A stretch of 64,000 bases of DNA, taken from an uncultured Spirochaetaceae bacterium (GTDB lineage Bacteria; Spirochaetota; Spirochaetia; SZUA-6; Fen-1364). The notes under the pieces were generated by a model. The model had not been told where the DNA came from. It did not search any database and worked only from the letters and a program-made list of their open reading frames with translations. The position numbers and the translations under genes are program-made. The stretch covers positions 103 through 64,102 of the forward strand of contig CAYTGX010000007.1 in the NCBI GenBank assembly GCA_964437385.1. Reading direction: 5' to 3'. Shown piece by piece: positions 43,070 to 51,785 of the stretch (within the stretch, counting starts at the first letter, position 1; each line of letters opens with the position of its first letter).

Positions 43070-43869
43070 GCGTTCTCGTAGATCGGATCAACTCGGGCCG
43101 CAAGGCTGCCATCGCGATGGTTCAGCTCGATCCTCTTCCCGGCAGCTCCATGTACAGGGACGGCTCGCTGAAAGAAATGATCAAGGTATCCGTGGCTGAG
43201 GCCAGGGTCCTTTCGGACGCGGGATTCGACGGAATCATGCTGCAGAATCTCGGGGACCTTCCGGTCGCGCACAAGGTCACTCCGGAGCAGATCGCCTGGA
43301 TGGCGCGCGTTGCATTCGAGGTGGCGGCCGCCGTTCCCACCCCCATCGGTCTCAACTTCCTGGAAAATGACGCTGAAGCCATCCTGTCAGTGGCAAGCGC
43401 CGCGGGGCTGGACTTTGTCAGGATCAAGGTGTTCGTCGGCGTCATGGTCACGCCGTTCGGGCTGACGGGCGGCAACGCGCACGAGGCAATCAAGACGCGC
43501 AACCTTCTCCACGCGGAGAACATAGGGATCTTCGCCGATGTACACGACCGGACGGGAATCCACCTGGGGGGAAGGGAAATCGACCCCGACATCCGTGAAG
43601 CCGTGGACCTGGGCCACGCGGACGGTCTTGTTCTCACGGGCGGCAATTTCGACGAATCCATGGGATATCTCAGGAAAGCGCACGCCAAGTTCCCCCGGCT
43701 GCCCCTGCTTCTGGGAGGCAGCGCCACGGAGGCCAACCTGGCCACCGCGCTTGCCGTTGCGCATGGCGTGATCGTGAGCACAGCTTTGAAGGATACGGAT
43801 TCCGCATTCGGCAGGGTGAACCCTGCCAAGGCAAAGAGCTTCATGAAGGCTCTGAGAAAACTTGGGTAG
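43066..43869 (+). CDS. BtpA/SgcQ family TIM-barrel protein
   Basis: The ATG at 43066 overlaps the upstream TGA (ATGA) and follows GGAGGGG. IAMVQLDPLPGSSMY...DAGFDGIMLQNLGDLP...FVRIKVFVG is the BtpA family pattern (from memory). Confidence 0.7.
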   Translation: MSVLVDRINSGRKAAIAMVQLDPLPGSSMYRDGSLKEMIKVSVAEARVLSDAGFDGIMLQNLGDLPVAHKVTPEQIAWMARVAFEVAAAVPTPIGLNFLENDAEAILSVASAAGLDFVRIKVFVGVMVTPFGLTGGNAHEAIKTRNLLHAENIGIFADVHDRTGIHLGGREIDPDIREAVDLGHADGLVLTGGNFDESMGYLRKAHAKFPRLPLLLGGSATEANLATALAVAHGVIVSTALKDTDSAFGRVNPAKAKSFMKALRKLG

Positions 43870-43928
43870 AAAGGAGGAGGGACTTCGTTCGTGCGGTTTC
43901 GTGACTTATTTTCACAGGAGGTAGGGAA

Positions 43929-44972
43929 ATGAGAATTCGCAACATGGTTTTGACAGCGATCGTTCTGATCGTCGGCCTGGCGGCCGTGACAGGCGTCGTC
44001 GCTGCGCCGCTCAAAGTGGCGATGGTGACGTCGGAGTCGGGCCTCGGCGACAGGTCTTTCAACGACATGATGTACCAGGGCATGCAGAGGGCGGAGAAAG
44101 AGCTCGGGGTCAAGGTAAACGTGATCCAGCCCAAGAGCATCTCCGAGTTCAAGTCCACCCTTGCACGCGCTTCGCAGCTGGGATTCGATATCATCATCGG
44201 GTCGTCCTTCGACATGATCACGCCGATGAAAGAGGTGGCGGCCCAGTTCCCGAAGCAGAAATACGGGATCGTCGACGTGGGCAATGACCCCATTGCCCCG
44301 AACGTCGTGAGCTCGGTCACCAAGGACTGGGAAGGCTCCTTCCTGGTCGGCGCCATCGCGGCAAAGACCACGAAGACCGGCATCATCGGGTTCGTCGGCG
44401 GCAAGGATATCCCGATCATCCACCGCTTCTATCTCGGCTACTACTTCGGCGCCAAGATGATCGACCCCAAGGTCCAGGTCCTGGAGAGCTACAGCGGCAC
44501 GTTCACGGACCCGGCGGCGGGCAAGGAATACACGCTGGCCCTCATCAACCGCAAGTCTGACATCAACTTCGCCGTTGCCGGCGCCACCAGCGCAGGAGTC
44601 ATCGAGGCGGCCAAGCAGACAAAGACCTTCGCAATCGGCGTCGACTCGAACCAGAACTACCTTGCGCCGGGATTCGTCCTTACTTCAATGGTGAAGAGGG
44701 TCGACAATCAGGCATATGATTTCATCAAGCTCGTCGTGGACGGCAAGTTCAAGGGCGGAACGGTCCTGGTCTACGGCCTCAAGGAAAAGGGCGTGGACTA
44801 CGCAATGGATGACAACAACAAGGGGCTCATCTCCGACGCGAACCTCAAGCTCGTCGAAGATCTGCGCGCCAAGGTCATTAGCGGCCAGATCGTGGTCCCC
44901 AACTACATGGAGCTCGCGCCCAATCAGGCAATGGTCGGCACGCCGCCCATGAAAAACCCGTACGTGAAATAG
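43929..44972 (+). CDS. BMP-family ABC transporter substrate-binding protein (PnrA/Med-like)
   Basis: Signal/anchor MRIRNMVLTAIVLIVGLAAVTG, then LKVAMVTSESGLGDRSFNDMMYQGMQRAEKELG and FDIIIGSSFDM. BMP family. Confidence 0.85.
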   Translation: MRIRNMVLTAIVLIVGLAAVTGVVAAPLKVAMVTSESGLGDRSFNDMMYQGMQRAEKELGVKVNVIQPKSISEFKSTLARASQLGFDIIIGSSFDMITPMKEVAAQFPKQKYGIVDVGNDPIAPNVVSSVTKDWEGSFLVGAIAAKTTKTGIIGFVGGKDIPIIHRFYLGYYFGAKMIDPKVQVLESYSGTFTDPAAGKEYTLALINRKSDINFAVAGATSAGVIEAAKQTKTFAIGVDSNQNYLAPGFVLTSMVKRVDNQAYDFIKLVVDGKFKGGTVLVYGLKEKGVDYAMDDNNKGLISDANLKLVEDLRAKVISGQIVVPNYMELAPNQAMVGTPPMKNPYVK

Positions 44973-44978
44973 TCTGAA

Positions 44979-46568
44979 ATGCTGTCGGTGCCCGGGGGGA
45001 CGGTCCTCCCGGACGCCGCTTCTGGGGGTGATTCCGTGACTGATGCCGTCTCCATGACCCGGATAGTCAAACAGTTTGGAACCCTGGTGGCCAACGACCA
45101 CGTGGACTTCTCTGCCCGGTCCGGCGAGGTCCACTCCCTCGTGGGAGAGAATGGCGCGGGCAAAACCACCCTGATGAATATTCTCTACGGCGTGCTCACC
45201 CCGGATGAAGGCTCCATAGAAATAGGTGGGAAGCCCGTCCGCATCGACAACCCTGCCGTGGCAATCAGCCTCGGCATTGGCATGGTTCACCAGAACTTCA
45301 AGCTCGTCCCCTCCCTGAGCGTCGCGGAGAATGTGGTCCTCGGCATGGAACCGGGCAAAGGCTTTGTCATGGACAAGCGGACCGCGATAAAGCGCGTTGC
45401 GGCCCTGGCACGGGAACGATTCGGCCTGGAGATGGATCCTACCGCGGCCGTGCAGGACCTCCCCGTGGGGCTGCAGCAGAGGGTGGAGATCCTGAAGATG
45501 CTCTACCGCGAGGCCCAGCTCCTTATCCTGGATGAGCCCACCGCGGTGCTGACGCCGCAGGAAACGGAGGAGCTCTTCCGTACCATCCGCCGGCTCGCCT
45601 CCCAGGGAAAAACGGTCATCTTCATCACCCACAAGCTCAACGAGGTCATGAGCGTCTCCGACAGGGTCTCCGTGATGAGAGCCGGCCGCGCGGTGGCCAC
45701 GATGAATACGGCGGAAACAACGGCGGTGGACCTGGCGGAGAAGATGGTAGGGCGCAGCGTCCTCTTCCGGGTGGAAAAGAAGCCGGCGGTGCCGGGGGAA
45801 GTGCTCCTGGACGTCAGGGACCTGGAGGTGGAGAGCAACCGCGGCCTGCCGGCCGTCCGCAGCGTCAGCATGAACGTGCGCGCCCGTGAGATCGTGGGCC
45901 TTGCCGGCGTGCAGGGCAACGGGCAGGACGAGCTCGTGGAGGCGCTGGTCGGCCTGCGGCGCGCCAAGGCGGGGAGCATCCTCCTCAACGGAGAAAGCAT
46001 CAAGGGGTTGAGCCCCATCAAGGTGCGCGAGGCGGGAGTAGCGTACATCCCCGCGGACAGGACCAGGGTCGGCCTGTCCGTTGACAGCTTCATATGGGAG
46101 AACCTCCTCCTGGGTCACCACGTTGAAGGGGTATTCGGAAGAGGTCCCCTTCTGGACGTGAACAAGGCAAACGCATTCGCCCGTGACCTCATTGGACGGT
46201 TCGACATCAGGGGGGCGCAGCCGAGGGCGCCGGCCCGATCACTCTCGGGAGGCAATCAGCAGAAGGTCGTGCTGGCCCGGGAGCTTTCCTACAAGATGCA
46301 GGTCATCATCGCGGACCAGCCCTCCCGCGGCGTGGACATCGGGGCGATAGAGTTCATTCACAGCCAGCTGGTCGCCATGAGGGACCAGGGCTGCGGCGTG
46401 TTCCTTATTTCAGCGGACCTCGACGAGATATTCTCTCTCTCGGATCGCATCATCGTCATCTTCCACGGCCGGATCATGGGAGAGCTGCTTGCAAAGGACG
46501 CCACCGTGTCTTCGGTGGGAAGGCTCATGGCCGGCATTGCCCGTGAGGGGGAGACACAAAGTGTCTGA
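44979..46568 (+). CDS. ABC transporter ATP-binding protein, tandem NBDs (BMP/nucleoside-type uptake system)
   Basis: GENGAGKTT and GVQGNGQDE Walker A motifs, LSGGNQQK signature. The likely start is the ATG at 45054 (MTRIVKQFG). Confidence 0.9.
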   Translation: MLSVPGGTVLPDAASGGDSVTDAVSMTRIVKQFGTLVANDHVDFSARSGEVHSLVGENGAGKTTLMNILYGVLTPDEGSIEIGGKPVRIDNPAVAISLGIGMVHQNFKLVPSLSVAENVVLGMEPGKGFVMDKRTAIKRVAALARERFGLEMDPTAAVQDLPVGLQQRVEILKMLYREAQLLILDEPTAVLTPQETEELFRTIRRLASQGKTVIFITHKLNEVMSVSDRVSVMRAGRAVATMNTAETTAVDLAEKMVGRSVLFRVEKKPAVPGEVLLDVRDLEVESNRGLPAVRSVSMNVRAREIVGLAGVQGNGQDELVEALVGLRRAKAGSILLNGESIKGLSPIKVREAGVAYIPADRTRVGLSVDSFIWENLLLGHHVEGVFGRGPLLDVNKANAFARDLIGRFDIRGAQPRAPARSLSGGNQQKVVLARELSYKMQVIIADQPSRGVDIGAIEFIHSQLVAMRDQGCGVFLISADLDEIFSLSDRIIVIFHGRIMGELLAKDATVSSVGRLMAGIAREGETQSV

Positions 46569-47694
46569 TCCGCAAAACACTACGATTGCCGCCGCGGCCC
46601 TGCGCCGCTCGACAGGGAGCATCCTTCGCACCATCGGGCTGGAGATAGCGCGCCCGGCAGCGGCCGTGGCGCTGGCCCTGGTCATCGGGGCCGTGGTCAT
46701 CCGCGTCATGGGAGACGATCCCTTCCTGGCATACAGCACGCTTTTCAGCGGCGCATTCAGCGGGACGGCGAACATCGTGGCCACGCTCCAAAACACCACC
46801 CCGCTCCTGTTCACGGGGCTTGCCGTCGGGTTCGCGTTCCGCTCCAACGTGGCCAACATCGGCGTGGAAGGCCAGATGCTCTTCGGCGCGTTGGCCGCAG
46901 CCATTGTCGGTTACTACGTCCGCGGCCTGCCGGGCTTCATCCATCTCCCGCTGGCCGTGGCAGCGGCCATGCTTGCCGGGGCGATCTGGGCATTCATTCC
47001 GGCCATTCTCAAGTCAAAGCTCAGGATCAACGAGCTGGTCGTGTGCCTCATGTTGAACCCCATCGCGCTGCTCCTGACAGGGTGGATCTCCTCCTACCCT
47101 CTGAAGGCGCCGGGCCCGACGAACAAGACCTACGACATTCTGCCTACGGCCCAGTTCCACCAGTTCTCCGACCTGGCCCAGTTCAACACGGGGTTCATCC
47201 TGGCCGTCGTCCTGCTCGTCCTGTTCTGGCTGATCGAGAATCGGACGAAGAAGGGATACGAGTGGAAGCTCATCGGGCAGAACCCGGTCTTTGCCCGGTA
47301 CGGCGGGATCAACGTGCAGTCCAGCATCGTGCAGGTCTTCCTGGTCAGCGGTATGATCGCCGGTCTGGCCGGCGCCGAACAGGCGCTGGGCGTCTACAGG
47401 GCGTTTTACAACGGATTCTCGCCCGGCTACGGCTTTGACGGAATAGCGGTGGCAATGCTCGCCAAGTTCAACCCCCTGGCCACGGCGTATTCGGCGCTCC
47501 TGCTGGGCGCGCTCAACAGCGGCGGCATTGTCATGCAGATGATGACGTCGGTGACCCGGGACCTGATCAAGGTGCTGGAGGCCGTCATCATACTTCTTCT
47601 TGCAGCCGATTTTGCAATTGGCAGCCGCCGCCGCGTGAGACGCGAACGGCGCGGCCTGCCTTCGCGGAAACCTGAGGGGAGAATCCACCCGTGA
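46561..47694 (+). CDS. ABC transporter permease
   Basis: The GTG at 46561 overlaps the upstream stop and follows GAGGGGGA. The protein is multi-TM. Confidence 0.85.
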   Translation: MSDPQNTTIAAAALRRSTGSILRTIGLEIARPAAAVALALVIGAVVIRVMGDDPFLAYSTLFSGAFSGTANIVATLQNTTPLLFTGLAVGFAFRSNVANIGVEGQMLFGALAAAIVGYYVRGLPGFIHLPLAVAAAMLAGAIWAFIPAILKSKLRINELVVCLMLNPIALLLTGWISSYPLKAPGPTNKTYDILPTAQFHQFSDLAQFNTGFILAVVLLVLFWLIENRTKKGYEWKLIGQNPVFARYGGINVQSSIVQVFLVSGMIAGLAGAEQALGVYRAFYNGFSPGYGFDGIAVAMLAKFNPLATAYSALLLGALNSGGIVMQMMTSVTRDLIKVLEAVIILLLAADFAIGSRRRVRRERRGLPSRKPEGRIHP

Positions 47695-48611
47695 GCGACA
47701 TATTCAACCTCGGCCTGATCACCACGATCATCAGGATTTCCACTCCCCTGGCATTCGCGGCGCTGGGCGGCCTGCTCACATTCAAGGCAGGGATCCTCAA
47801 TATCGCCATGGATGGATTCATGCTGGTGGCCGCCTTTGTTGCCATCACGATTGCCAACCTCACAGGAAGCCTGGTCTGGGCCGTGTTCGCGGCCGTGGCA
47901 GGGGCCATGCTCCTGGCTTTCCTTTTCGGCTACTTCAACCTGAAGTTCAGGGCGGATATCTTCATCGCCGGCATTGCCATCGGGATGCTCGCTTCGGGCC
48001 TCACCGCCGTGCTGCTCAAGGGTCTGCTGGGAGAGGCCGGCGTATTTGCCTCCAACAAGATTCCCAGTTTCCCGCAGATCAGGATACCCTTCGTGGAATC
48101 CGTGCCCGTCCTCAGCCAGATCGTCAGCGGCCACACGGTGCTCGTGTACCTGGCCTATCTCCTCACGCCCGTCATCAGCTTCGTGATCTACAGGACCAAG
48201 TGGGGCCTGCGGGTCCGGGCCGTGGGAGAGAATCCTGACGCGACGGCTTCCATGGGAATCAATGTCTTCCGCCTGAAGATGCAGACCGTCGTCCTCAGCG
48301 GGTTTTTCTGCGGACTGGGCGGCGCGTACCTTTCCCTGGACTACGTCAGCCTTTTCAGCAGGGATATGACCTCGGACCGGGGCCTTATCGCGCTGGCTGC
48401 CATATTCTTTGCCCAGGGGGACCCGCTGCGCACGGTGGCCGTCACGCTGCTCTTCGGCGCGGCGCAGGCTCTCTCCGTTCGGCTGCAGCAGTCGGCAGGC
48501 ATTGCTCCCCAGCTTCTACAGGTGATCCCGTACGTGGTCACGATGATCGCGCTCATCATCGTGGGTGTGCAGGTCTGGAGCAGGCGCAAACGGGTGGCGG
48601 CCTTCGAATAG
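47691..48611 (+). CDS. ABC transporter permease
   Basis: 4-nt overlap with the upstream permease. Multi-TM, 306 aa. Confidence 0.85.
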   Translation: MSDIFNLGLITTIIRISTPLAFAALGGLLTFKAGILNIAMDGFMLVAAFVAITIANLTGSLVWAVFAAVAGAMLLAFLFGYFNLKFRADIFIAGIAIGMLASGLTAVLLKGLLGEAGVFASNKIPSFPQIRIPFVESVPVLSQIVSGHTVLVYLAYLLTPVISFVIYRTKWGLRVRAVGENPDATASMGINVFRLKMQTVVLSGFFCGLGGAYLSLDYVSLFSRDMTSDRGLIALAAIFFAQGDPLRTVAVTLLFGAAQALSVRLQQSAGIAPQLLQVIPYVVTMIALIIVGVQVWSRRKRVAAFE

Positions 48612-48643
48612 GAGGCACGCGGCCCCGCGAGGGAGGAAGTCTC

Positions 48644-49411
48644 ATGCCCCGAAAACCGACCGTCATTGCGGTTCTTCCGCCGATACCCGTCACGGACTAC
48701 GAGAGAAAAAGGCGCGCCCTCCAGTACCAGGCCCACGCCGCGGAGGGGGTCACGGTGGATGTCCGGCTGCTCCAAGGCGGCCCTGCGTTGACGGACCGGG
48801 AGTACGAGCTTTTCTGGTCGACGGGATTCATGATACTGGAAGCCGAGGCTGCCGCCCGGGAAGGGGCGGCGGCGATCCTCATCGACTGCACGGCGGATCC
48901 GGGCATCATCCCGATCACGGAGGCGGTGGACATACCGGTTGTGGGCGCCCTCAGGGCCGCCGTCCACCTGGCGCTCCAGCTTGGCGGCAAATTCTCCATC
49001 CTGGCCCTGGACAGTGACTGGGCCCGCATGATCGGAGATCAGCTCCAGTTCTACGGCCTCCGAGACCGGGCAGCGTCAATCGAAACAGTGGGCACGCACG
49101 TGTACAATCCCAGGCGGGGACGCGTCATGAACAAGGCGGAGTCCAGGAAATTCTATCTCAGCCTTTTGAAAGCAGGGCGGCAGGCAGCGGCGGCCGGGGC
49201 AGACTCGGTGATTCTGGGCTCCACGACGATCATCGAAGGCGCGGCCGAGCTGGAGAAGGACCTCGGAATCCCCGTGATTGCGCCCGGGATCGCCGCGCTC
49301 AAGACCGCCGAGCTCATGCTGGCCATGGGCATACGAGCTTCTCGTCACGCCTATCCGTCACCTGTCATCCCGTACGGCAGGGAGATGGCGAAACTCCTCA
49401 GACGAGGTTGA
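48644..49411 (+). CDS. Asp/Glu/hydantoin racemase-family protein
   Basis: AILIDCTADPG, IPVVG, DSVILGSTT and IPVIAPG are the two pseudo-symmetric halves typical of this family. Both catalytic-Cys positions need checking. Confidence 0.65.
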   Translation: MPRKPTVIAVLPPIPVTDYERKRRALQYQAHAAEGVTVDVRLLQGGPALTDREYELFWSTGFMILEAEAAAREGAAAILIDCTADPGIIPITEAVDIPVVGALRAAVHLALQLGGKFSILALDSDWARMIGDQLQFYGLRDRAASIETVGTHVYNPRRGRVMNKAESRKFYLSLLKAGRQAAAAGADSVILGSTTIIEGAAELEKDLGIPVIAPGIAALKTAELMLAMGIRASRHAYPSPVIPYGREMAKLLRRG

Positions 49412-50333
49412 TGAGGACGATGGAGCTGCACGCGAGCCCCATCCCGATCATCTCCATCGGAGAAATCTTTTCCTTCCACGCGATCCGTGAAAAAGCCACC
49501 ATGACGACCAGCCCGACAGCGCTGTAGAAGGGGTAGACGATAATTCCCGGCAGGGAGTGAAGAGACATAACAATGAACCGGTTGGACAGCGCGTTGCAGA
49601 GGCCGACGATGACACCGGGGGCAGCGCTCAGCAGCAGCGGAACAGCGAGGGAGCCGACGGCGCCCGCGGGCGCCCCGCTCTCAGCCGCCGCCGCTCGGCC
49701 GCGCCGCAGCGCGCGCTCCTGGGCGGCCCACACGATAAGCGTCGTGATCGTGGCTGACGTGAATATGATGAGAAGAAAAAGCGGATCCTCGTTTCGAATT
49801 CCCGTCTGCCGGAACGCGCGCGCTGCCACGAGCGACGTGCCGTTCACGAGGAAAAGCCCGGCAAGAGAGAGAATGGCCCGGCCCCTCGCGCCTACCCTCC
49901 CCGGCTTGCCTTTCGACGAGTCTGCCTTCTGCGGACTAATGCTGAGGAGCGGCAGGGAGATAATGGCGATGGCAATTCCAACCGTCTGCAAGGGGGTGGC
50001 CCCCTCTCCCCAGGCCAGGAACGAGATCCCGACGGGAACGAGAACCGACAAGCCCATGATCGCCGCGGTAATGGACACTCCCCGCTGCTTCATGACTGCA
50101 AAAAGCAGAAAAAAGGCCCACGAAAACGTTATTCCACCCACAGCCCCGATGGCCACGGTCAGGCCGTGCGGAGCATGGACACCCGCCACGATCGTCAGCA
50201 CGAGATGAAAGACAGCCGCGGTGATGTAGTTGACTGCGCCGACTACGGTGAGATTTGCCCCGCGCCGCTGGGCAAATCGGATTGAAATTGAAAACCCGGC
50301 GGACGACAAAGTTGCAAGAACAAGCGCGAGCAT
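49398..50333 (-). CDS. DMT-superfamily (EamA-like) membrane transporter
   Basis: 311 aa in two roughly 140-aa hydrophobic halves of about 5 TM each, separated by a charged loop. There is a 14-nt tail-to-tail overlap with the racemase gene. Confidence 0.55.
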   Translation of the reverse strand: MLALVLATLSSAGFSISIRFAQRRGANLTVVGAVNYITAAVFHLVLTIVAGVHAPHGLTVAIGAVGGITFSWAFFLLFAVMKQRGVSITAAIMGLSVLVPVGISFLAWGEGATPLQTVGIAIAIISLPLLSISPQKADSSKGKPGRVGARGRAILSLAGLFLVNGTSLVAARAFRQTGIRNEDPLFLLIIFTSATITTLIVWAAQERALRRGRAAAAESGAPAGAVGSLAVPLLLSAAPGVIVGLCNALSNRFIVMSLHSLPGIIVYPFYSAVGLVVMVAFSRIAWKEKISPMEMIGMGLACSSIVLINLV

Positions 50334-50459
50334 GGGCGTTCAGAATAGGGAGACCGCGATGCAGTGTCAAGAACGGCTACAGAGTTGTCGCCGCATGGCT
50401 ACCATGAATCTCCATTCCAATCATTTTGTCAGCCTTTTCACCGAGCACCGAGCCGCATG

Positions 50460-50548
50460 CTTGCGATTGTTCCATCCTTATTAATGCTTTGGAACGGTTT
50501 CCGTTAATAAGCATGGAGCAATCGCAAGGTCCGGGGCACTGCTCCGGA
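50460..50548. repeat. palindromic intergenic element, copy C (most symmetric copy)
   Basis: CTTGCGATTGtTCCATcCTTATTAA - 19 nt - TTAATAAGcATGGAgCAATCGCAAG (25-nt arms, 2 mismatches), then GTCCGG-n9-CTCCGGA. Confidence 0.6.
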
Positions 50549-50579
50549 ATTTCGCGCTTCTGCCCGAAAGAAGGCGCGC

Positions 50580-51782
50580 CTACTTCGGAGGCCTGAACAG
50601 CCCCAGCGTCTCATGCGCAGTCGGAAATACCGCGGCGAGCATGGCCGGGTCCTTGATTCCCCAGAACTCCTCCGCCACGGTGCGATACAGCGTGCGGAAG
50701 TCCATCGTGTATTTCATGTCTCCCTGGTCAAGGTCTGCAGGGGACAGGGATGGCTGGGCTCCGTAGAATCCGCCCTTCACCCGTCCGCCGAGGATGAAGA
50801 CGGGTGCGGCGGTCCCGTGATCCGTGCCGTTGCTGGCGTTCTCTTCCACGCGCCGGCCGAACTCGGAGTAGGTCACTATCGCCACTCTGTCCCAGAGACC
50901 CGCCTGGACAAGGTTGCCACGGAACGCCGCCACGGCTCCGGCCAGCTCGCCCAGGAGCCGTTCCTGGACAGGCTTTTCCCCGCTGTGCAGGTCGAACCCG
51001 CGCAGGGTGAGCTTGACCACCGGAACGAGCAAACCCGCGGCAAGGAGCTGGAAGCTCGTTTTCATCTGCCGGCCGAGCCCGGTGTCGGGGAACGGGACCG
51101 CAGGCTCCTTGATCGACGGCTTGATGTGTGCCAGAACCGACGCGGCGGCCAGGATGTCCTGCTGAACCGAGCCGATGTAGCTCAAGTGTGCCGAGTCATC
51201 CGCTGACTCATCAGCCATCTGGGCCGCGTCCCGCAGAAATGCGTCCACGTTGTCCAGGGAGATGTTGTGCATGCCCGGTCCTTTGAGGGGTCCTGCCTGG
51301 GTTTCCCCCAGGATCAACGAATCAGCGAAGATACCGGCGGGACGGGTGGCCGGGGTCAGAACACGTGCAAGCCAGCCTGTGCTCAGCACCTCATGGGAAG
51401 AGGAGGCGGTCTCCCAGATATCGGTGGACCGGAAGTGAGACCGGTTCGGGTCGGGATAGCCGACGCCGAGCGCAATCGCGAAGTCTCCCGCCTTCCACGC
51501 GGTCATGAGGGGCGCAAGGGCGGGATGGAGCGCAAGGGTTCCGCTTACTCTGATAAGGTCGGACAATGACGGAGCAACGGTCGTTCGCACTGCGGCGTAC
51601 GCAGGATCGGTGAACGGGATCACCGTATCCAGGCCGTCGTTGCCGCCGGCGAGCTGAATCAGGACAAGGGTGTTCACGGGAGCCAGGGCGGCATCAGGCT
51701 CCGCGGCCAGTTGCTGCGGCGCCCGGAGCATGGCGACGAGCGCGAAAAGAAGCGGGAGGGCGGATCGGGTTCTCATCGTCAA
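50580..51782 (-). CDS. DUF1501 domain-containing protein (sulfatase-like fold, secreted)
   Basis: Signal peptide MTMRTRSALPLLFALVAMLRAP, then LAGGNDGLDTVIP, NRSHFRSTDIWETA and SEFGRRVEENASNGTDHGTAAP. DUF1501 pattern. Confidence 0.85.
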   Translation of the reverse strand: MTMRTRSALPLLFALVAMLRAPQQLAAEPDAALAPVNTLVLIQLAGGNDGLDTVIPFTDPAYAAVRTTVAPSLSDLIRVSGTLALHPALAPLMTAWKAGDFAIALGVGYPDPNRSHFRSTDIWETASSSHEVLSTGWLARVLTPATRPAGIFADSLILGETQAGPLKGPGMHNISLDNVDAFLRDAAQMADESADDSAHLSYIGSVQQDILAAASVLAHIKPSIKEPAVPFPDTGLGRQMKTSFQLLAAGLLVPVVKLTLRGFDLHSGEKPVQERLLGELAGAVAAFRGNLVQAGLWDRVAIVTYSEFGRRVEENASNGTDHGTAAPVFILGGRVKGGFYGAQPSLSPADLDQGDMKYTMDFRTLYRTVAEEFWGIKDPAMLAAVFPTAHETLGLFRPPK

Positions 51783-51785
51783 TTC

